Shown: in pieces, positions 1-5,868 of the stretch
How positions within the stretch are numbered: position 1 is the first letter of the stretch
Layout: each line of letters opens with the position of its first letter
Assembly (NCBI GenBank): GCA_039024555.1
Contig: JBCCQQ010000093.1
Coordinates: 1 to 17,574, forward strand
Reading direction: 5' to 3'
Length of the DNA stretch: 17,574 nt
Origin: Cyanobacteria bacterium P01_D01_bin.156
GTDB taxonomy: Bacteria > Cyanobacteriota > Cyanobacteriia > Phormidesmidales > Phormidesmidaceae
Translations under genes and position numbers: made by a program
The notes under the pieces: generated by a model
Databases searched by the model: none
Told to the model about the DNA's origin: nothing
Seen by the model: the letters and a program-made list of their open reading frames with translations, nothing else

Positions 1-177
1 GATTGCACAAAAATAAAATTCCAAGCAGGATTTTATTAAGCAACGTCCTCCCCTTAACAAGGGGAGGTGCCGTAGGCGGAGGGGTCTTCGGCCATTTGCG
101 CTAGTTTTCCAGACCCCTCCCTGACGGTTCCCCTTGGCAAGCCTTATTAAGATGTCTTATTTTCACGCACTTCCCTA
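1..177. mobile_element. Possible MITE-like element with imperfect terminal inverted repeats, left end cut by the window edge
   Basis: GATTGCACAAAAATAA (1-16) resembles the reverse complement of TTATTTTCACGCACTT (157-172), about 11/16 matches. These ends enclose an inverted pair of cyanobacterial palindromic repeats (48-141). The right end abuts a TA at 176-177. No transposase present. Confidence 0.4.
48..141. repeat. Inverted pair of cyanobacterial GC-rich palindromic short dispersed repeats (CTCCCCTT-N-AAGGGGAG type)
   Basis: 48-86 CTCCCCTTAACAAGGGGAGGTGCCGTAGGCGGAGGGGTC. Its reverse complement matches 14112-14150 at 36/39 nt. A degenerate inverted partner lies at 112-141 (GACCCCTCC...TCCCCTTGGCAAG). 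Confidence 0.85.
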
Positions 178-306
178 AGTCCATCCGTTAATAGTTTGAC
201 AAAGCTGTTGCCGCACTCGAGTTCGGGTACCTAGCGCAGACTGTATTCTCAAGGCAACTTTTTCCTACATACACTCCAAGCTTCTACCAATCGGTAGAGG
301 CTTTTT
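177..306 (+). pseudogene. 3' tip (K-S-I-R-stop) and 3' UTR of an apparent paralog of the 3933..4394 gene
   Basis: AAGTCCATCCGTTAA (177-191) parallels AAGTCCGTAGTCCGCTAA (4377-4394). The downstream blocks CTGTTGC..CTCG, CTGYATT, GCAA..TTTTC and ACACTCCAAGC plus terminator recur in the same order at 4395-4528. Confidence 0.5.
278..306 (+). terminator. Rho-independent terminator
   Basis: 11-bp stem AAGCTTCTACC / GGTAGAGGCTT (one G-U pair), 4-nt loop, followed by a T run. Nearly identical to 4500-4528. Confidence 0.75.
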
Positions 307-526
307 CTATTGCATACTTGCTCATCGTGATTTACAGGTACCTGTTGCCTATTGTTGCAAAAATAATTTCAGAAATTTTGCGTCTAATAAATCCTTGTTG
401 CCACTCTTCTAGAGATTATTGCATAAATCGTAAAACCCTCTATTCATAAGGATTCTGGCATTGCTTCCTGTAGAAATAAGCGTCTATACTCACATCACAT
501 AAGACGCCAACAAGGAGCACACCTCC

Positions 527-949
527 ATGAAGCCACAACCCAAACGACGCCCTAGACGTCAACGATCCAAATTTTTTATTGCCAAACAACATCGATACCG
601 ACTTTTGGCTGGAACTGCATGTATTGTTTTCGGCGCTAGCCTTGGCCTTGGCCTACGGTTCCAATCTGCTTCTGCTAAAAAAGACCTTTGTCAGAACATT
701 GTCTCTAGTCAAACTGTTCTCTCACGACAACAACTGACTCAGCTACTCACTGTGCCCGAACGGGAAAATCGTCAGGCTATTGAAACCATTGTCGAAGCTC
801 CCTACTGCACCTTAAACGCTATTGAAGTGCGGGCTGGAGTGACCGCCGAACGGGCTGCCTATCCTCTAGCCTTTGACCCGAATACGTGGCTAGTGGTGCT
901 GTACGAAAATGAGGAGTATGTGGGCTATGGCTTTAAGCTTCAACACTAA
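527..949 (+). CDS. Conserved cyanobacterial hypothetical membrane-anchored protein; periplasmic domain possibly BamE/SmpA/BLIP-like
   Basis: 140-aa ORF with AAGGAG upstream. Very basic N-terminus, one hydrophobic helix (LLAGTACIVFGASLGLGL), then a two-Cys domain with pattern LSRQQL..L....RQAIETIV..P...Y......WLVVLYE...YVGY.F. Confidence 0.85.
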   Translation: MKPQPKRRPRRQRSKFFIAKQHRYRLLAGTACIVFGASLGLGLRFQSASAKKDLCQNIVSSQTVLSRQQLTQLLTVPERENRQAIETIVEAPYCTLNAIEVRAGVTAERAAYPLAFDPNTWLVVLYENEEYVGYGFKLQH

Positions 950-953
950 AAAC

Positions 954-1382
954 ATGTTCACGTTAACTGGTGTTGCACTACTAACTCTATTGGTTGCCTG
1001 CCAGTCAGCACCCGCACCGCGCAGCATCGCCGTTCAACAAACCTGGGAACTACAGGTGGGTAAACGAGTAGGCGACTATCTCATTAGCAGTGGCCTGGGC
1101 GATATCACCCTAGAGCTGGGGGGTGACTCGGTGCAGATGCCGTTTGATGGCAAAGTGCAACCGATGGATGAGTACTGTGTGGCGCTCACTAGCCCAGAGG
1201 TACCGGCTTATCTGTTTCGTCTCTGTGGTATCAAGCGCCCTAGTCTAGGGCAACACAGTCAGGGGCACACCATTGGCCGTACACAGCGCCTGGTGTTCGC
1301 TGCGTTTAGAAAAGAACCCAATGGCACCTGGGCATTGATCGAACCCGCTAATGACTTGATTTCACAGTTTTTTATGGAGTAA
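954..1382 (+). CDS. Lipoprotein with a degenerate (probably inactive) M23/LytM peptidase-like domain
   Basis: ATG at 954 (in frame with the 909 ORF call, 4 nt after the previous stop) gives MFTLTGVALLTLLVA-C, a lipobox. The segments YLISSGLG, DI...G..V..PFDGKV and G....G..IG match the M23 scaffold, but the HxxxD and HxH histidines are absent. Confidence 0.75.
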   Translation: MFTLTGVALLTLLVACQSAPAPRSIAVQQTWELQVGKRVGDYLISSGLGDITLELGGDSVQMPFDGKVQPMDEYCVALTSPEVPAYLFRLCGIKRPSLGQHSQGHTIGRTQRLVFAAFRKEPNGTWALIEPANDLISQFFME

Positions 1383-1388
1383 TTCATC

Positions 1389-2174
1389 ATGTGCGATCGC
1401 GGGCTCTTACCGCTAGCTCTTATCCTTTTGGGGGCCGCTCCGGCCCCAGCTCAGGACATTGCGCTTACCTTTAATACACCCGTTGAAAAACCTGACCAAT
1501 CTATGAGTAGAGGCATCAATGACCATTCTTCTTTAAAGAAAGCATCGAAGCCACCTACCTCAACTGGTAACGTTAGCCTTAGCTTTGCGCCCAAGCCTGT
1601 ACAGACTGCCAAAGCCCCCATTACCCAAATAGTTCTCCACACCTTAGAAGTCTTATTTCATGGGGGAAGTGATTCCCTAGTGGCTCGCGCTGTGGGTAGT
1701 GCCGAGGGGACTCGCACAGCGGATGGGGGGTATACATCTGCATATTATGGCCATGTAGACCCCGGCAACCGTAAGTGGAACCTGGGCAGTTTTTCCTATC
1801 AGCACGGGGCCAAGTCCCCTGCTGCAGCGGATGAAAAACAGCTCAAACGACTGTACAAACAGGCTTTAAATCTACGGCAACAGGCCAGCCAGCAGCAGCT
1901 TACCCTATCCCTAGCAGAGGAACTGAATGGCATTGATCTAGCCAATCAGGCACCGCTGGCGGCTTTGGATCGAGGCTATATTGACTGGCTAGCCATTGCC
2001 CGACAGCAGTCTATGGATGAAGTGGACCGCATTACCTGGGCTAGAACCCGTGCTTTTTTGGACCCCGATAGCGGCCGGTGGAACGCACCGGGTTTAGGCA
2101 ACACGCTGGAATCTATCCGCTGGGATCAGGCGAGACGGCAACAAGCTGTGCAACAGGCAATTGAGCTGGAGTGA
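1389..2174 (+). CDS. Exported protein with a putative lysozyme-like (muramidase/lytic transglycosylase) domain
   Basis: 261-aa ORF 6 nt after the previous stop. Signal peptide ends APA-Q, followed by a P/S/T/K-rich linker. Then AVGSAEGT (Glu at a helix end, as in lambda-type/GH104 lysozymes) and a YYGHVDPGN...NLGSFSYQ beta-hairpin segment. Confidence 0.7.
   Translation: MCDRGLLPLALILLGAAPAPAQDIALTFNTPVEKPDQSMSRGINDHSSLKKASKPPTSTGNVSLSFAPKPVQTAKAPITQIVLHTLEVLFHGGSDSLVARAVGSAEGTRTADGGYTSAYYGHVDPGNRKWNLGSFSYQHGAKSPAAADEKQLKRLYKQALNLRQQASQQQLTLSLAEELNGIDLANQAPLAALDRGYIDWLAIARQQSMDEVDRITWARTRAFLDPDSGRWNAPGLGNTLESIRWDQARRQQAVQQAIELE
1393..1400. repeat. HIP1 octamer GCGATCGC (also at 3981, 4564, 8013, 8178, 8733, 12789)
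   Basis: Seven exact copies seen in 17.6 kb. HIP1 over-representation is an established cyanobacterial hallmark. Confidence 0.9.
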
Positions 2175-2532
2175 GCCACAACAAAGATCACAAAATATCT
2201 ATTGGAACTGATGAAACGGCACCTGTATGACTGCTCAGAAGCGGATAAGGACAACTTAGAAAAGACATTGTAGTATCTATAGCCTTTGATCATTCCTCAG
2301 AGGCTTTTAATGCCCAAAATTTACCGTTGTGCTCCTCAGCGTGATGTCACTTCCTTCAGAGGAGATGCTGTGAAAAGTCTTACCGTCCGTTTTATTGTCT
2401 AAATCAACAAGATAAAAAGCCTTGTGATTGCTATCAACCTGTTTTCTTGAATAATCCCGAAAATCCTCTAACCAAGCTTTAGTTATCGATTAACGGACAA
2501 AGCTCAATGAGACATCCTTAAATTGACTTTAC

Positions 2533-2575
2533 AAAAATATACAAAGAGGGTGCAGATATCAATATCTGCACCCTC
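2533..2575 (-). terminator. Rho-independent terminator of rbp
   Basis: Perfect 14-bp inverted repeat GAGGGTGCAGATAT-CA-ATATCTGCACCCTC (2546-2575), followed on the minus strand by TTTGTATATTTTT. A second imperfect hairpin lies at about 2587-2633. Confidence 0.8.
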
Positions 2576-2642
2576 CTAGAATGAACTGACGTCAATAGCT
2601 GGTAACTACGGAAAAAGTTACCGCTGCAGCGTCAAGCAGTGA

Positions 2643-2918
2643 TTACCAACTCTTTTTGCGGCCACCACTGCGATTTTCACGGGGCTTAGCCTTATTGACC
2701 TTTAGCGCCCGTCCCATCCACTCTGCACCATCCAGTGCTTCAATGGCTGCTTCTTCTTCAGAGTCAGCACTCATTTCCACAAACGCAAAACCGCGCATGC
2801 GGCCAGTTTCACGATCGGTTGGTAAATGCACACTCTTGACCGTTCCATATTCCTTAAATACATCTTCTAAATCATCACTTGTAGCGTCGTAAGACAGATT
2901 GCCTACGTAAATTGACAT
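2643..2918 (-). CDS. rbp: RRM-domain RNA-binding protein (cyanobacterial Rbp family), 91 aa, short non-Gly-rich tail
   Basis: MSIYVGNLSY (RNP2) and RGFAFVEM (RNP1), plus AIEALDGAEWMGR.LKVNKAKPRE. The true start is ATG 2918 with GGAG upstream, not 3023. Confidence 0.97.
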   Translation of the reverse strand: MSIYVGNLSYDATSDDLEDVFKEYGTVKSVHLPTDRETGRMRGFAFVEMSADSEEEAAIEALDGAEWMGRALKVNKAKPRENRSGGRKKSW

Positions 2919-3051
2919 GGTTTTTCTCCAAAACTTAGGAAATACATAGAGGGAAGCTTCGAGAAGGGCAATGTCAATGGACAAAAGCAAAAACTCGTTA
3001 ATACTAGAAACAAAAGTTACCAACCGATTCTTTTTCTCTGAAGCAACTATA
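2919..3051 (-). promoter_or_regulatory. rbp promoter and conserved 5' UTR boxes
   Basis: On the minus strand: -10 TATAGT (3046-3051), box III-like TTCAGAGA (3035-3042), exact box II TTTGTTTNNAGT (3003-3014), box I-like TTCTCGAA (2958-2965), and RBS TTTGGAGA. These resemble the boxes described for cold-inducible Anabaena rbp genes (consensus recalled, not searched). Confidence 0.7.
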
Positions 3052-3421
3052 GCTCATGAATAGGCTTCTTAGACTGGTGTTAAGGACTGTATTAATTTTG
3101 CTTAGAGTTTAGTACTCCTAAACAAAGGAGCTCACCAATGGATATCTCATCAGAGTCGTTTGACGGATAAAGGCCAGCACCCAATCAGGTCACTGATATT
3201 TCTTCTTGCTTACGTTAGAGAGTCTTATCTTTAGAGAATATCTTCTTTGAACACAGCTCTTGGAAATCTCGTGTTTTGTAGAAGAAGCCCTGGGTTAGAT
3301 CGTTCTGGGTGCTGTTGTATTTTAAGGGGTATGAGTCTACCTGTTCAGCGCTACAAGGCACTGGACAACGGCATAAGTTCTATCAAAAGTTATTGATATA
3401 TACCTAATTGCTCTAGTCAAC

Positions 3422-3437
3422 AGTGATCAGGGACACA
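3422..3437. promoter_or_regulatory. Candidate CRP (SyCrp1-type) binding site
   Basis: AGTGA-TCAGGG-ACACA versus TGTGA-N6-TCACA (8/10). Confidence 0.4.
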
Positions 3438-3526
3438 AACTAAGAAAACTTGATGCTTGTGTAAGTAGATAATAGGCGTATCTTGCTAGGCGTAGGTAGG
3501 TGGCATCGTTGGCATATAGTGAATTC

Positions 3527-3655
3527 ACAGACAACTCAACTTATTGCATAACGTTCTATTTCAACCCTATATCTGAGCAGACAGGGCACTGTATTGCTCA
3601 ACCCTTTATATCTAAACGAAGCCTTCATGGACTCTAGTGTTCGTGGAGGTTTCTT
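3527..3655 (+). ncRNA. Candidate small RNA, about 130 nt
   Basis: -10 TATAGT at 3515-3520, an internal hairpin at 3574-3600 flanked by two copies of TCAACCCT(TT)ATATCT, and a terminator stem 3619-3652. It has no convincing ORF and is colinear with the 3' UTR at 4395-4528. Confidence 0.5.
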
Positions 3656-3780
3656 ATTGGTGCATTCTGCATTCCTTCTGCTCAGACTACTGAAACGGTT
3701 AAAACTGAGCTTTGTTATCGAGGATGCAGGTTTAAAGTGAGCGCGGGCTATGCCTGCCCAGCCCGTGACCTATTAATTCT

Positions 3781-3796
3781 GGTGATCGCTATCACG
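3781..3796. promoter_or_regulatory. Candidate CRP (SyCrp1-type) binding site upstream of the secreted repeat-protein gene
   Basis: GGTGA-TCGCTA-TCACG versus TGTGA-N6-TCACA (8/10, core GTGA/TCAC intact). Confidence 0.5.
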
Positions 3797-3932
3797 TGGT
3801 TTCCTCAGGTAATTTCAGAAACCCCTTAAGCAACGTTCAGTTGCCAGTCAGATAGCGTTCAGCTGCCCCCGGCATTCTTGTAATCAATGAAGCAAGTCCA
3901 ATACTTCACTGATTCACCAAGGAGCTTTAATT

Positions 3933-4394
3933 ATGAAACGCACTATTCTTTCTGCCTTAACTGTTCTTGTTGCGACAGCTGCGATCGCACCCGTTGCCTC
4001 TGCTATCGAGCCCGCTCGCTTCAATATTCAGTCCACTCGCCTCGAAGAACTGGACAGCCGCACTAAGAACTCCGTCCACAAGCTACGGGTTGGGCATCTA
4101 AATAACCAGTCCAAAGCTATTGAAGATATCCAAGCAGCTCGACTAGATGCTCTAGATATTCGCACCAAAGCTGTTGAAAATATCCAGGCTGAGCGTCTAA
4201 ATGGTTTGGATGCTCGTGATAAAAACAGTGTTCACAAGCTACGTCGTGAGCACCTAAACAACCAGACCAAAGCCGTCGAAGATATCCAAGCAGTTCGACT
4301 AGACGCTCTAGATATTCGCACTAAGGCGGTAGACAACATCCAGGCTGAACGTCTAAGTGGTTTGGATGCTCGTACGAAGTCCGTAGTCCGCTAA
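3933..4394 (+). CDS. Secreted/periplasmic internally repetitive protein of unknown function
   Basis: AAGGAG RBS and a classic Sec signal MKRTILSALTVLVATAAIAPVASA. The mature part is seven 16-18 aa units with consensus IQAxRLxxLDxRTK. Has its own terminator. Confidence 0.9.
   Translation: MKRTILSALTVLVATAAIAPVASAIEPARFNIQSTRLEELDSRTKNSVHKLRVGHLNNQSKAIEDIQAARLDALDIRTKAVENIQAERLNGLDARDKNSVHKLRREHLNNQTKAVEDIQAVRLDALDIRTKAVDNIQAERLSGLDARTKSVVR
4023..4379 (+). repeat. Intragenic 156-bp (52-aa) tandem repeat, about 2.3 copies, each made of 16/18/18-aa subunits
   Basis: NIQ codons start at 4023, 4179 and 4335 (period 156). NSVHKLR and DIQA.RLDALDIRTKAV blocks each occur twice, with mostly synonymous differences. 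Confidence 0.92.
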
Positions 4395-4499
4395 CAGATA
4401 CTGAACTGTTGCGGTGCTCGGTGTAGACTCCGTAATCTTTAAGAGTCTGCATTGCTTTAGAGCAATCACCCTTTTCACTCTTAGATCCTCACACACTCC

Positions 4500-4528
4500 A
4501 AGCCTCTACCCATACGGTAGAGGTTTTT
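4500..4528 (+). terminator. Rho-independent terminator of the repeat-protein gene
   Basis: AAGCCTCTACC-CATAC-GGTAGAGGTTT followed by TT. Confidence 0.8.
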
Positions 4529-4571
4529 CTGTTAACGGTATGTAGTGGTTATGTCTTAGGATTGCGATCGC

Positions 4572-4601
4572 AAAAAAAGACCTAACCGAGGCTAGGTCTT
4601 T
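4572..4601 (-). terminator. Rho-independent terminator of the ATP-grasp gene
   Basis: Stem AAAGACCTA (4576-4584) / TAGGTCTTT (4593-4601). A7 at 4572-4578 gives a U7 tail on the minus strand. Confidence 0.75.
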
Positions 4602-4619
4602 CACTTACTTTCTAAACGG

Positions 4620-4721
4620 TAGGGCCGTTTACCCTTTAGGGCCATTTACCCTTTAGGGCCGTTTACCCTTTAGGGCCGTTTACCCTTTAGGGCCGTTTAC
4701 CCTTTAGGGCCGTTTACCCTT
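4620..4721. repeat. 17-bp tandem repeat x6 (TAGGGCCGTTTACCCTT)
   Basis: Units start at 4620, 4637, 4654, 4671, 4688 and 4705, with one G>A change in unit 2 and no spacers. The last unit contains the stop codon of the ATP-grasp gene. Confidence 0.97.
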
Positions 4722-5868
4722 GGAGTGCCAGTTCTCTGCTAGCGTCTGCTGAAGCCGCTACTTCAAAGTCACCATTTAATCGAGCTTTTAACTCCTGATC
4801 TAACGCAAACTGTTCCACTGGGGAGCCCGCCAGCAGTACGCTGATTTCACCCACTTTTATCTTGCCCCAGTTAATCAAGATGACGCCTCGGCCCTTATAT
4901 GGATTAAACGCAATATCAGTTAGGTCAATATCTCGAAGCGACCGTAGGTGCGTTTTATAGGTAGCGCTACTCCAACAAGGAATCTCTAACCTCTGGGCAA
5001 CCAGCGTTGGATAAGATGAACCATTAAAACGTGGATTGCACTCAATTGCTAGATATTCCACACCGTTCGATGTAGGAACAACTGCCACATCAACCGCAAA
5101 GATTCCTTGCATCCCGTGCTCTGCTAACCAGTTAGCCAGAGGTTTAATCTCCTCCCAAGGGGTATGTTCAGAGGGATAACGATTACCCCGGTGAACGCAG
5201 CCTTCTAAAACCTGTTCTGACACTAGCAGCGGTTGTACACCCTCAGCGGTTACCCGATACTGCAGGTTCAAAAAAGCAGAGGCTTGTACTTCTGCCTGAA
5301 TTTGTAGGGATGCATTTGGGTCCAACTGGGCAAAGGCATTGTCTAAAGCCGATTGATCGACACAGCGGGCAATTCCTGCTCCATGGTCAGATACAGCGGG
5401 TTTAACATAGCAAGGAAAGGGAATATCCGATGCCGCTTTAGCCGCCGCCAGATTAGCAAACCGCCGTGTCTTGGGGACAGGAACTCCTAAGTCTTCAGCT
5501 AGTTGGATAAAGTTGTTCTTGGAGTTGATAAATTCAACAACCTCACACCACCGAGAATTTAGTTGAGTAAAAAACTGACGATGCTGTTGGTGAGAATTGA
5601 CCGCATCTCCAAAGAAGTAAAATGAGGGCTCATACTCACTATGGTGATTAATTTCGTTTAGAGAACATGACCAGATAACATTATGACAGTGAGAAAGACC
5701 AATCTGAGCATAGTGGTCCACAATGTAGGTCCATTCTGATACCAATTCAGGATTTATCTGGATCTTATCCTTAGGCCTTGTCAAAGCTAGCGCTCGACCG
5801 GAAAAGAGATGGTTGCCTGCTTCATGGTCATGGGTGCTGAGGGTAATATCGTGGTTGAAAATTCTCAT
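4714..5868 (-). CDS. ATP-grasp fold ligase of unknown substrate
   Basis: 384 aa with ATP-grasp motifs NSKNNF..LA..LGVPVP, FPCYVKP..SDHGAGI, IQAEV, GIFAVDV and IECNPRFNGS. The N-terminal region resembles a pre-ATP-grasp domain. Confidence 0.9.
   Translation of the reverse strand: MRIFNHDITLSTHDHEAGNHLFSGRALALTRPKDKIQINPELVSEWTYIVDHYAQIGLSHCHNVIWSCSLNEINHHSEYEPSFYFFGDAVNSHQQHRQFFTQLNSRWCEVVEFINSKNNFIQLAEDLGVPVPKTRRFANLAAAKAASDIPFPCYVKPAVSDHGAGIARCVDQSALDNAFAQLDPNASLQIQAEVQASAFLNLQYRVTAEGVQPLLVSEQVLEGCVHRGNRYPSEHTPWEEIKPLANWLAEHGMQGIFAVDVAVVPTSNGVEYLAIECNPRFNGSSYPTLVAQRLEIPCWSSATYKTHLRSLRDIDLTDIAFNPYKGRGVILINWGKIKVGEISVLLAGSPVEQFALDQELKARLNGDFEVAASADASRELALQG

Noticed and set aside
909..953. 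Start of the second operon gene at 909
   Set aside because: It overlaps the upstream gene by 41 nt, whereas ATG 954 gives a normal lipoprotein signal.
2919..3023. 35-aa N-terminal extension of Rbp in the ORF track
   Set aside because: Family members start at MSIYVGNL. The extension overlaps the conserved 5' UTR boxes and RBS.
3138..3170. 10-codon micro-ORF MDISSESFDG with a good AAGGAG RBS
   Set aside because: Too short to support without conservation or ribosome profiling data.
4620..4721. CRISPR array or telomere-like (TTTAGGG) repeat
   Set aside because: The units are contiguous with no spacers and no cas genes. TTTAGGG arises only at junctions of the 17-bp unit.
4714..5868. Annotation as carbamoyl-phosphate synthase large subunit (carB)
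   Set aside because: It is a single 384-aa ATP-grasp module without the CarB duplication, oligomerisation or MGS domains.
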